Assembly (NCBI GenBank): GCA_016748015.1
Contig: JAAOMT010000134.1
Span: 874,757 to 938,756, forward strand
DNA from: Geosiphon pyriformis uo1
Taxonomy: Eukaryota; Fungi; Glomeromycota
Direction of reading: 5' to 3'
Length of the DNA: 64,000 nt
Position numbers and translations under genes: made by a program. The notes below the pieces were generated by a model. That model was not told the DNA's origin, did no database searches, and was given only the letters and a program-made list of their open reading frames with translations. Of this stretch, positions 1-12,946 are shown in pieces (position 1 is the stretch's first letter; each line of letters begins with the position of its first letter).

Positions 1-2578
1 CTGAGATATCTAATTGGCTCCTTTCTGTTAAGTTACTCTTTAAAAATAAACTCTCTATTTCAATTTTGGGGCTGTATGCTGGTACTTCTACTGTGGTTCG
101 GTTCTTCTAAGCTGGTAATATTAACTCTCTAATTGCAAAAGCTGTGAATAAATCTTCTTTTGTTATTCTTGGTGGCAATTTCAATAAGGATGGTTCTCAC
201 AAATGTGCTAGTTTCAAAAAGTGTCTGAATTTGGGTTTGGTTAATTCTTTGAGTAGAAGCTCTTTTGCAAAGTTGTCAACATAAAACAATTCTCATGGTT
301 TTGCTAAAGCCATAGATTATGTGTTTATCTCTTCAAATTTGGTTAATGCTATGGTTAATTATAATGTAGATGGTATTGAAAACTTTTTTAACACTGATCA
401 TAAAACTGTCTCTGTTTCTATGGGTTTGGGTGGTTTGGTGAATAAGTGGCTAATTTTACTATACAAACAGGCAAATAAGAATTACTGAAAGTTTAATATT
501 AAAAATGCTGATAAAGTAACATGGTGTAAATTTAAGGATGCTATAGCAGCAAATGCTGCTATATTCTCTAATGATTTTGTTACATCTAAGAAGTTTTTAG
601 ATCTGAATGCAATATAGAACACTGTTTGTAAAGTGGTGTCTTTCTTGGCCAATAGTGTTTTCAAAAAAAAATGGTTTAAAGAATATGATAAAGTGTTTAC
701 CAAGGAATTGTCGAGGTTTCACAAACTGAAAGTCTTGGTTTCAAGAATTGTTAAGGCTTTTCATGGAATAATGTCTGATAGGTTTGTCTTTTTTTTAGAG
801 TATTAAAGCTTTTTTGATAGTGACAAGACTTCTTTCATTCAGAATTTTGTGAACTCTGATACAAATTCTAATCATATATGTTCTGCTCTCTTTGGTATAA
901 GAAAGTTTTATTATGCATTTAAGCTGGCTGAGTCATTACATGCTGAGGAGTCAAAAATTAAATCTGTTATTGGGAAATAAATGAAAAGTTTTGTGGTTAA
1001 CAAAAACCACACAATCCATAGTGTATTGGAATGTCTTTTTTATAAGATAACATTAAACCACCTGGTTTCTAAAGGTGTTTTAATTTTGGATCCAGCTGAT
1101 GTTAAGGATAATGTTGACAAAATTATAGAAGATTGGACTAAGAAGAGAGTTGTGTTGAGATATGTTTCTGATTTATGGCAGTGTTAATACCTGCTGTTAG
1201 ATTATATTGATAATAATGCCTTCTTTGGAGTAATAAATGCTATTAGTTATGGAGAATTGGTGCACATGATCAAAGATCTGTTAGATGGTAAAATGGCAGG
1301 TTTGTCAGACATTACAAATGAACTTTGGAAACATTATGATAGTTCTGTGCTCAGTTTGCTTTTAGATCTCTTAAATCTTTATTTAGTTTGTAAATTTGTA
1401 TCTCAATTTTGGAAGAAAGCTTGAGTGTCAATGATTCCTAAATCTTATAAGTGGGAGGACATTCTGACCAATGCTAAGCTGATTGCTTTGATTAAAACTG
1501 CTTGTAAGATTCTTTTTAAGATACTATCTGATAGAATTTTGGTAGTATGCAGTGTGTTCAATGTCTTTCATGGTGACAATTTCTCTATACTAAAAGGCAC
1601 TATTATTTAGTTCTCTATTTTTGCCATTAGATTGGTTGTTGAAAATACTTTGAAAAAGAATTGTGAACTTTGGCTTGTTTTACAGGATATGTAAAAGGCC
1701 TATAACTCTGTGAGTTGGCATTACTTATAGAATAGTTTGGTTTGAATTAAGATGTATGACCATTTTATAAGACTTTTTAGAAGTATTCACAATGATCATG
1801 TTAATCATATTATAACTGATTTTGGTTTGACTAATAGATCCTGGATGCATGATGGTCTTGATTAGGGTGAAGTGTTCTCTCTTTTGCTGTGAAAAATTTT
1901 CTATGATCCCCTTTTGTGTAAGATTAAGAGACAGAAAAGTTTATATGAATACTGAATTGACACTAAGTTTGTTGCTAAGACTGACAGATTGGAGAACCAA
2001 GGTGAGTTGACTTTATTTATGGTGGCTGGTGCTTTTGTCAATGACACAATTTGGGTAAGAAGTAGTTAAGCTGCTGTTCAACACATTTTAGATATTGCTA
2101 GTGAATTTTTTATGGTAAATAACATTTCTATTAATAATAAGAAAACTATAACTATTCTTATCAACAAAAAAGTTAAGAAAGCATTATTGTCGATAAGTGG
2201 TATGCTGATTTCAATTGCTTATAAAAGAGAAACTCATAAGTATTATGGAATTTATTTGTTATCTGAAAATTTGTTCAAACCTAATTTGACAAAAGCTCAC
2301 TCGGATATCAGGTTTTTTGTTAATCTGGTTTTGAAAAAAGCTATTTTAGATAAGCAGTTTCTTTATTTGGTATTGGTCATGCTGCAATTCATTGTCAATT
2401 ATAGGACACAGTTTAGTTTTATTTCTAAAAGTGTATGTATTAAGTGAGATATATTAATTAGAAAAAAATTTGAAACTTAAGGCTGGGTTGCCAAAAAATT
2501 TTCCTAATAATGCTTTTCACCATTTTTCTTTGTATAACTTAAAGTCTTTTGAGCAATTGTAAACTGAGTACAAGATGA

Positions 2579-2968
2579 TATTACAGATGATTATTTGGAG
2601 TCTTAAAGCAAATAACAAACCCATAACTTGGTGCTTGATTAATTCAATGATGTTGGTTTCTGAAAGTTGTTTGTATTTGAAGATTTTTGAAATCTGAAGG
2701 TTTGAGTTGGAGTTTTTTGTATAATAAACAGAGATTCAATAGTTGTTTTCAGTAGCCTTTCAGAATCACAATTCCATTGAATTGATTTCTCAGCATGGTG
2801 GCCAGTAATCTGGCAGAGATGCTCTTTTGGTTAGTTATCTTTAAATTATCAAACTTTATATCTTTCCTTTAAGGTCTTTTACCAGGCTATTTTTGATGTC
2901 AATTACTCAGTGCTTAATCTCTTTAATTAGTAGTAAATCAACAAACAAAAGAAAATAAAATAAAAAAA

Positions 2969-3031
<63 letters not shown>

Positions 3032-3543
3032 AGTATCCTATTAATAGCCATAATCAAGAGCTATTGTTCTAGTATGGTTAAATGTTGGATTTTATTAACA
3101 TGAAGTATTAATAAATGGAAAAATAATTAGATTCTCAAACAAATGACAATAACATGGATTTAAAGAATTGAAGAGATATTTTATTTATATAATTCTATTT
3201 TGGTTGATAGCAACTATCTTTAAAATAAGAGGATTGTTCTAAATTAATAAAACTCTATTGAATTCTCCAGAAATTTTTGAATTTTCCTGGAATTGCTTTT
3301 TCTGTTTTTAATACTTTCACTATATATATATAATTTATGTTATACAAGATTCTTTGAATTTCTTAATTCTTTAGCCAGAAATTCTGGAATTCCTGGAATC
3401 CTGTGATTCCTCATACAAGAATCCTGTAATTCTGCAATTCTGCAATTCTTCTAAGAAGAATTCTGGAATTCTACTTTTATTATGTTTATTCTAATTGGCT
3501 AATTTATGTACTAATATTTAATTTCTATATTTTATGAGTAACA
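2579..3543 (-). mobile_element. Solo LTR (probably Ty3/gypsy) inserted in LINE ORF2
   Basis: Termini TATTACAG (from TGTTACAG) and GTAACA. Flanks ATGA and GTGG are a 4-bp TSD differing only by G>A. Removing the insert restores the LINE frame (K-V-A). About 750 bp is homologous to 3873-4843. Strand inferred from the TATA position. Confidence 0.85.
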
Positions 3544-3872
3544 GTGGCTTTAGTAATAAGCTTTTTAAATACTAGTGAGCTTTTAGGCCATTTGTTTGAT
3601 TATAGATCTCTGGACCTGCAGGTTTTGAGTTGGTTATCTGTTTATTTTTTATGTCATTCAGTTAGATTACATGTCAGTTCAGTTAATAATTTTTTGGCTG
3701 GTATTGTTAGGCTTTTTTTGGACTGTAATATGTCTCTTGGCAACTTTTCTCTTATAGCATTCTGTTTTTCTGGTGGAATACCAATGTCTTTAATTCTAAG
3801 AGGTTCTTTGTTTTATGATGTTTCATGTTTACTCAAGAGATTTGGAGTCACTTTTATTAAACAGCTGTACAC

Positions 3873-4843
3873 TGTTACAGATGATTATTTGGGGTCTTAA
3901 AGCAAATAACAAACCCATAACTTGGTGTTCAATTGATATAATGTTGTTGGTAATATCTGAAAGTGTTGTTTTATCTGAAGGTTTTGTTGTAGAGTTCTTT
4001 GTATAATGAACAGAGATTCACTATGTTTGGTTTTGGTTGATTTCCCAAGTCATTTTCCCAATTTCTGTTTTCAGCATAGTGGCTGGTTTAATCTGGCAGT
4101 TGTGCCCTTCTGGTAAGCTATTCGTTAATATATATAATTCTGCCCTTATTTCTGGGTCTTTTACCAGACTATTCTTGATGTCAATTACTCAGTATTTAAT
4201 CTCTTTAATTAGTAGTAAGTCAACAAACAAAAGAAAATAAAATAAAAGAAAATAAAAAATTAGAAATAAGCCAAGGCAATTCAAGTTAGTATCTCATCAA
4301 TAGCCATGATTAAGAGTTATTGTTCTAGTGTGATTAAGTGTTGGATTTTATCAACATGAAGTGTTGATAAATAAAAGAGTAATTATATTTTCAAACAAAT
4401 GACAATAACATGGATTTGAAGAATTGGAGAGATTTTTTATTTATATAATTCCATTTCAGTTGATAGCAACTATTCTTGAAATAAGAGTTAATAAATAAAA
4501 AAGAAAGGAGATTGTTTTAAATTAATAAAACTCTATTGAATTCTCCTGAAATTACTTTTTCTGCTTTTAATACTCTCACTATATATATATAATTTATGTT
4601 ATATGAGATTCTGCACATTCATGAGCAATATGCCATGATTTCTCAAGCAATGCTTATATTGTTGAGCAATGTGTCTGTAATTTCTGACAATGTGCTTATT
4701 GCTGAACAATATGCTGTGATTCTCTGACAATGCTTCACATTGCTAAGCAATATGCTTATATGCTAAATACTATTCTCTTATTGGTCTATTTTTCCTATCT
4801 GTTTTTCCTACTATTTTCTTGTATTCTTTTTCTATGAGTAACA
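3873..4843 (-). mobile_element. Solo LTR, same family as 2579-3543
   Basis: TGTTAC...GTAACA inverted termini. TSD ACAC/ATAC (one C>T). Removing it restores QLYTKK in the LINE frame. Confidence 0.88.
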
Positions 4844-6519
4844 ATACCAAAAAAGATTTGATTTTTGATTGGAAAAGCTTTTATTGTTGGAAAAAACTTG
4901 ACCCAAAGGGCCTAGTCTTGTGTTGGTTTAATTTGGCATGTAATTTTTTGGCTTGTTCTTCTTCTCTTGATAGTTTGTCTGTTACTGGCTTCTGGTTGTT
5001 GAATGTTTGTGACTTGAATGGTATCTTCTGATTGAGACAGTATTTTTTCACATCTGATTTGAATATTATTAATGTTTACATGAATGGTTCTTTAAAAAAT
5101 TTGAGTACATATAAAATGAAGTGTGGTGTAGCTACATTTTTTTGGATTTGGATCTGGGTATTGGTATTAGAATTGGTGAACTGGTTTCTTTTATTATAGC
5201 TGAACTGCAAGCAATTATTTTGGCTTTAGAATGTGTTCTTTCTAACATTTTTGCTGTGGTTTATTTGAACAATTAGACAGCCTTGAATGCTTGTGCTGCT
5301 GAGTCAGTTTTGGGCTTCCTGAATTTTCACAACTGTTGCTAGATGGAGGAGCATAGCATTATAGATTCTATTAGAGTAAAGAGAGTTAGCATTTTTTGAC
5401 ACAAGATTAAGAGACATTCAGATGTTTTAGATAATGAGTGTGCTAACAAATTGGCTGGTTTGGCTGCAAGTTCAGATTTGGTGCTTCCTATTTTGATTAA
5501 TAAAAGATTTATTAAGACTGATGGAGTGGTAGTATTTGGTAATATTTGACATTTTGTTTGTGAGGTTTTTAGGTCTATGAATTATGCTTGTTGAAAGATT
5601 GAACCTGGTTTTGTTGTTATCAACAAAAATATAATTGGTAATATGAATTGGGTTTGTACTGTTTTGGTTTGGCACTCCAACTTGCACATAAGAGCTGGGT
5701 TTTCCAGTAAGTCTATGACCAGTTTGCATTCATATTTTTTGAAGACTTTGCATTGACAATTACCAGTCACTATGTGGAAATGTTTATATAATAGGAATTA
5801 TCCAAATGTTTTGTGTTTTCACTGTGGAGAGATGGAGAGCTTCAATTACTCTTTTGTATATGCATTTGACTTTGGAGTTTGTGAAGATCTGCTTGCTTTC
5901 CATCTGGCTAAGTAATGTGCTGTCTCTGGTTTTGGTTTTCCTTTATTTTAAGTCTTACAGGTGCTTTTTTTATGTGTTTTTAACAATATGTTGTATATTA
6001 CTATATACAAGGGTTTCTTGTTCAGAGAATGATATCAGAAAGCTCTGTCTATTTTTGGTAATACTAAGTCTGCTGGTCAATTTATTGTTGATTTTGTTTA
6101 AAGTTTGAATGCTGTTTACCATACTAACATATGATTGGTTAAGGCTAAATATAGAGCTTTTATGGAGAAAAGTGGTTTGATTCTGCATAATGATTCTGTT
6201 TTTTCTGTAATCTGTAATCTGTTATCTTTGTTTTCAGCTAGGGTAGTTAAGTTGCTTAAAATTGCTAAGGTGTTTGGTGTTTGTTTTGGTTTTCACAAAC
6301 TTTGCTGTTTTTTTTCTGGTATTAATAGTGTGGTGTTTGTCCTAATAAATTTGTAGTGTTGTTCTGATTGGTCTGAGTGGCTGGTCACATGTAAAAAGTG
6401 CATGATTTGTACCTAGTTTAGATTACTTAGTTTGATGTATTGTGCTAGGTAACATTTGGGCCTCACTTATTAAATGTTAATAAAAAAAATAAATTAATAA
6501 TATTTTTATTTTATTTTAA

Positions 6520-7320
6520 CAAATAAGACTCAAAAGCTATCTAATATAATAAACTAAACTAAGTAATCTAAACTAGATAGAAATTATGCATTTTCTACAT
6601 ATAACCAGCCACTCAGATTAATCAGAGCAATACTACAAATCTATTCTAACAAACATCATATTATTAGTACCAAAAAAAAATACAAGACCTTTAGAACCCA
6701 AAACTGACTCTATGCACCTCCATGATTCTAAATAACTTAATGATACTATTGGAAAGCAAAGTCAAAAGACCACAAATCTTAAAAAACACTGAACTATTAT
6801 ATGTAATTAAGCTTTTTTTTTCCAAAATTATCCTGTACTTAGCTTTAATCATCTATATTTCAGACCAGTAAGCCATTCCTAAATCCCATACCAAATTGAT
6901 TAACTTACTATTGACAACTTTGATACTATCAAAAGAGAACACAGCTTTTAAACACTATTTCTTAAACACAATGTTTTTATACAAAGCAATATACATAGTA
7001 CTATTAAAGGCACACAAAAAGAACATCTGTAAAATATAAAACAATGACAAACTCATACTTGATATGGCATTTCACTAAACTGAAGCAGGTTTTTATAAGC
7101 TCTAAAGTCAAATAAACACACAAAAAAGTGGTTGGAAGTCTTCATATCTCCATAATAAAAACACAATATACTAGAATATTTACTATTATATAAATGTTTT
7201 CAAACAGCAACTAGTAGACAATAATACAAGACTTTTATAAAATATAAACACAAACTGGCAGTAGATCTACTTATAAAACCAGTTGCTATATGTGAGTTAA
7301 AGTGCTAAATTAAGACAGTT
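6520..7320 (-). mobile_element. Degenerate 3' fragment of a related LINE, tail-to-tail with the first element
   Basis: Reverse complement of the shared 3' tail at ~6525-6640, then homology to the ORF2 C-terminus that fades into AT-rich DNA. Confidence 0.75.
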
Positions 7321-9855
7321 TAATAATATAGTTAAAATTTTCAACATAAAAAATAATTTAAATTTTAATAATAACTATTTTTAATATAAATATATAAACT
7401 TATATTTGTTAATTAAAATAAAAAACTTTAATTAAATAATTTTTAATATTAAAGTATTTTTTAATAAGTTAAAACTATTATTTACAAAAAAATTTTTTAT
7501 ACAAGTTATTATAATATATAAAAAATTTGTGAATAAAATTGTTGTATTAATTATAGAACTTGAATTTAAAATTTTTTGGTAAATTTTTACTAATGTAAAC
7601 AATATAGTAAATTAAATATATAATTTTATATATTTGTTTAATTGTAATATTTATTGCAAAATTTATATTTATAATAAATATTAATAGTTTTATTATTGTT
7701 GTTTTTTTTGTATATTTTAAAATCTATTTATATAATTTAATTGTTTTATTTAATATAAAAGCTTATATAATAAGACATAACTTAATATTATTGTCTATAA
7801 CAAAAAAAAGCAAAAATAATATTTAATATTAATTGGTTTTTATAATATTGTTATTTAAAATGATATTATAATACTTTAACTAAAGAATAATTTGTGCTAA
7901 TAATATTTAAAATAAATAAATAAGTTAATTTTTATTGTTTAATTTAAACTTAATAGTTTATTGATAATTATATAATTTACAGTTAAAAAGTATTGTTAAT
8001 AAACATAATATATATTAGTTTTTTATTAATATAAATTTTGAATTTTGTATTATATTTAAAAATAAATTTAATTAAAAATTTTGCATTTATTAATTTTTTT
8101 TAATATTAATTAACAGATTTTTATTTTTAATAAAAAGTTAAATTTCACTAAAAATATTTTTAGAAATATTTTAATATATTAAAGCATAATATTAAATATT
8201 AAAATAAATAATTATATATATTAATAAAAATTGTAAGAATTATAAATAAAACATTTTATAAAAAGTTAATATTAATATATTATTTGCAATTTTAATATTT
8301 TATAGTGGTCATAAAGATTGATTTTTTTTGATTAATAATAATTATTAAATTTACATTTGTAATATAATATTTGATATAATTTTTAGAATATATTTTCAAT
8401 TTTTTTTTGTTTATTATAATTTTTTATAATTTTATTAGCTTTTTTTCATAATAAAAAGATATAATTAACATAAAAATTCAATATATTTATAAATAAACAA
8501 AATAAATAAAACTTAAAATAATTTGTTATATTTTTTTAATATGTAATTTTATTTTTATTTCTAAAATTTTAACAAACTTGATAATTTAATTTAAATGTTT
8601 TATATTAAAAAAGTATTATAATACCAAAAAAAATTAAAATTCACTAATAAAAATATAGAATATTTTTATTTATATCTTAATTAAAAATAATTTTATATTA
8701 AAAATAAGTTTTATATTAATAAAAAAAAATTTTTGGAATTTTAATATGTATTTTTTTATTATTATTTATTAATATTTGTTTAAATATTTTTTTTAGTCTG
8801 TAATTATTAATTTTAAATTTAATATTAAGAAAATTATATGTTAGTATTAAAAAGAAAAAATATTAATATACTGTAAATAAAAATATTAATAAAACTACAA
8901 TCTTAAATAGTTTTTATTTAAATAGTTAATTTTATTATAATTTATTGCTTTTTAATTTTTGAAACTTATAATTCATATTTTATATATGAAATTCAGTTTT
9001 TATTTTCAATAAAACTGGTTTTTTTGGATTTTTTTATTTTATAAAAACTTTAAAAAACATAAATATCATATAAAAAAAGTTATATTTATATAAAAAAATA
9101 CAAATATAACAAGTTATACAAAAAAATACAATAATTATATAAAATAAAACTGATTAAAACACATTATTATTATTTATAACCAATAATAAAATTTCAAAAC
9201 AAGTTACTCATTATTTAGATTATGTATTTGTTTTATATTATATATATAATTTAAAAGTTACATAATTTTTTAAGATAATTTTTAAAACAGATTGTTTTAT
9301 TTAATTTTTTTATTATAATATATAAAAATTTGAATTTAATTCTATTTTTTATAATTTAAATAAATTTTATATTTTAAAAAAATAAATATATATTTTGTAT
9401 AATATTAAAAATTAATTTGTTTTTTAAAAATTCAAATTAAATGTATTTTTAAATTAATTATTAATTTGTTTAAAAATTTTGATTAGTTTTAAATAAAATA
9501 CAAAACTTATTTTTTAAATATTTAAAATATAAGCAGTAAGCTTATTATAATAAATTTTAATAAATATAAAATTTACAAAAAAGTAACAATTAAGTTTTTA
9601 ATAAATACTTAAATAAATTAGAAATAATAAGTTTTTTAAATAAATAATATATTTATTAACTTAGATTTAAATGGCTAATTACATATAAAAATGAATAAAC
9701 CAAACTTATAGTTTAATTTTTAAAAGTAAAATTTTATTTTATTAATAAAAAAAATCATTAAAAAAAATAAAAATTATTATATTTTAAATTTAAAATATTA
9801 TATAAATTTTGTAATTTAAAATTTAAATGTTTAAATTATTTTTATTATTATTATA
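7320..9855. repeat. AT desert, probably a hypermutated TE relic
   Basis: Almost no C/G, no CpG, no credible ORF; continuous with the decaying LINE fragment. Confidence 0.55.
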
Positions 9856-12125
9856 TTTTATCAAGTGAGATCCAAATACTACCTAAACTATGATACCACA
9901 GAAGGAATTACATTATAGGCATAAATTATGCATTTTCTACATGTAATCAGACACTCGGCCCAATCAAGGACTTACTACACTGAATCAAAAGTAAGTAAGA
10001 ATAATCCCAACTCACAAATTCTCTCAATGATACTATTCAGATTCCTAGAGTCAAAAATAAACTCACTAAGAAACAATCTAGTAGACTCAATATTGCCCCT
10101 GGTTTCAGCACTAAACATTTGTCATAAAGCAATGACATACTCAATAGTGTCCTCACTTAAAAAAGAAGGCTTAGCAGCCAGAATACCATCATAATCCCTA
10201 TCACCAAAGTCAACCTTAGATCTAAGACAAGCAATGTCCTTGGAAACTCCAATCATGAGGTTAGAAAAATTGTTAGCAGCACTCTTCATAGAAATGATAT
10301 CTTTCTCAACCTGAACAGCCTTAATGGCATTATCATCAAGAAGACGAGACACCAAAGCAACCAAAAAACCAACAGGCTCAACAATAGACTTAACCAGAGG
10401 AGCCAAATCCAAAATCTGCTTTTCCAAAGAGTCCAACCTGGAACTAACAGCAGGATCAGCAGCAGAAGCAGCTAAAGAAGCCACTAAAGGAGGAAACTCA
10501 GAAAGACCAGAAGGAGCAGCAGTCTTGGCATATGAAGCAGAATCCACAAAACGAGACTTGAAAACCTTGGAAACCTTGAGAGTGGAAGGTGAGGAAATCT
10601 TGCAATCTGTGGCCAGATGGCCCATTTCTTGACACCTAAAGCAGTGCCAGCAGCCAGGAGTTTCCTACCAGATATGGCATTTCCTTAGAGTACCAGTCTT
10701 GACTACAGCAGAATCTAAATCACCTTGAGAGTCAAATGTAATCAAAGCAAACCGGGAACAATGACCAGAATCAGAAGAACGAGAGATGAAACATGTTCGA
10801 CCACCAATCTGAGAAATCATATTACTGATTTCAAAGGCAGTACAGCCAGGGAGAAGGTTAACCAATTTGGCCTTAAACTTATCACAAGACAAAATAGTCT
10901 CATTTTGATTCACCAGAGGGAGAATTCTAACACTATCCTTGTCCACCAAGACTGACCAATGCTTCAAGACAGACACAGCAGAGTCCAACTTTTCAAAATA
11001 AACCACCACATACTGCCAAATACCAGCAGGCTTCAGCACAACACGAGTAACACTACCAAACACACTGAGAGCCAACTTAATGTCAGCAGCAGACACACCC
11101 AAAGGTACATCATGCAGCACAACAGCAGCAGAAGAAGAACCAAATTCAGAAACCACCAAAGACTTGGCAATTTTGAGAGTGACCAAACGAACAGAGCTTG
11201 TAAGCTCAACCAGAAATGTAGCTTCTAAAGACTGTTGAGAAGCAAACTCCATATAGAAAAGCTTCACATTGTCTTTTAAAACAGATTTAGCACCCAAAAA
11301 ACCATGCACAGACTGAAAAACAGTCTTAACATAAGCCAATTTGATCTTAAAAGTAGCATCAGGCACCAGAGTAGAGACCACCCACCCAGCAAACCTTTGA
11401 CGACTAGTAATAGTTTCCCAAGCACCACTAGAAGTAGCACCAGAAACTAAAGGAAAAGATAAATCAGTTTCTATTTGATCAGCCCAGTTCCCAAGAACAG
11501 ATAACCCAACAGGAGGAAATTGTTTTGCTTCTAAAACCAGTGATGATCTGCCGGAAAACACCACATTTGACAACACAGCCAGTAGTTGATCTTGGCTCAT
11601 CTTGGATGATGTGCCAGATGATACTACTGAGATCTCATCTAAGATTTCATTGGAAACCACAAAGAAGTTCAGTATAATAATAGCAGAGGCAAGTGACTGC
11701 CCCCACTTTTCTGAACTTTTGGTTTTTTTGATCATTTTTTTTGAAGAAATGATGCCAGAAGCACCAGATATTGAGTCTATAGAGGGGAAGACCAGCTTAT
11801 TTACTGGTCTATTATTAAAAACTTTTGGGCTCTTAGTCGGAGTGGAGGCAACACTGGGACTAACCCAAGTGTGTCTCTTTGAAGGAACTTTGACTGGTAA
11901 AAAACCAGCCAAAGATGAGGAAGTTGATTTAGTGGCTACCAAAGGCAGCTTTTCATGATTACTGGATAAGGGAAAGACTTTTAAAACGTTTTGCCTAGTT
12001 GCTTCTACAACAGAAAGAGCTCCTCTGGTTGAAATTTTATTAGATATCCTAGGACAGATATTAGGTGCAGTCTTTTTACTCTTTGCTTTGGTCGTGGTCA
12101 TAAAATTAAGGAGACAAAGAGTTCT
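9855..12125 (-). mobile_element. ORF1-only non-autonomous retroelement (HAL1-like), copy 1
   Basis: ORF from ATG 12101, broken by nonsense codons at 10665 and 10122, with RRM-like blocks (DVPLGVSAADIKLALSVFGSV), a CCHC knuckle (CFRCQEMGHLATDC) and a C-terminal coiled coil. Its stop (9975-9977) abuts the LINE-type 3' tail. No APE or RT. Confidence 0.8.
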
Positions 12126-12946
12126 TATTTTTTTTAAAGCTTTTTAAATTATAAAATACATAAATATAAAACAAAAATTTACAAAAAATTATTTTAAACT
12201 ATAATTTTTAATAAATGTATAAAGTTTTATAAATTAGAAATTTAAAAATAAAAATAAAATAAAAATAGTATGTTGTTTTGTATTTTATTTATTAAATCTT
12301 ATAATAATATTATTGTATCAAAGAATTATGCAGTTTAATATTTTTAACAAGAAAAAAGTCAAAAATGTTTTTTTTTTTAAACATAAAAACTTCAAAAGAA
12401 ATTCCGATTATTTTTGTAAAATATGATTTATTGCATTATTTTTTACATAATGCAAACAAAAATTATACAATACAATAACAAAAATGTATATAAAAGAACA
12501 AAATTATATTTTGTTATTCAATTAATATATAAAAACAAAGATAGTAGTTAATAATATATTAAGTACGTATACTATTAATTTAAGAAGTTTATTATATTAT
12601 TATTATTGGAAATTTAAATTTAGCATTTCATTACCCCTCGTTTCCTTGTTTAAATTGACTTATAAGTGTGGTCTAAATTCTAACTTTTTTAAGAAGGGTT
12701 ATCCATATTATGTCATAATTCCCAAATCCCTTCAGATAAGATAGTATCACATACTTAAATAAGGTTGTTTGGGCAATTTTGCAGGACTGATTTTTAACGC
12801 CTTTGGGCTCCTTTCTTACAAATACTTTTTTTAAAAAGATTAATAACTAAACCTTAAACTCTTTCCTTTTTTTATTTTGGAGCTTGTATTTTTCCGTTCA
12901 TAAACTTATCTCGTAAAGTAAAGAACTTTGTAGTTCAATTATACTA

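Larger units (their letters stand above)
1..6489 (+). mobile_element. Decayed non-LTR retrotransposon (LINE) ORF2 region: APE endonuclease, RT, RNase H, C-terminal Cys/His motif, 3' tail and oligo(A); interrupted by two solo LTRs
   Basis: Fragmented frames give SSFVILGGNFNKDG and AIDYVF (APE), LQDM*KAYNSV and AGAFVNDTIW (RT), VYMNGS and AELQAI (RNase H). Colinear with the element at 43.4-50.3 kb. Many stops at W/Q/R codons. Shared tail at ~6354-6489. Confidence 0.9.

Noticed and set aside
2962-3028. Long poly(A) run as a retrocopy tail
   Set aside because: It sits at an A-rich tract also present in the sister LTR; slippage or a sequencing homopolymer error is more likely
10324-11958. Plus-strand ORFs antisense to ORF1 (likewise 58615-60729 and 44-49 kb)
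   Set aside because: Shadow frames of TE coding sequence
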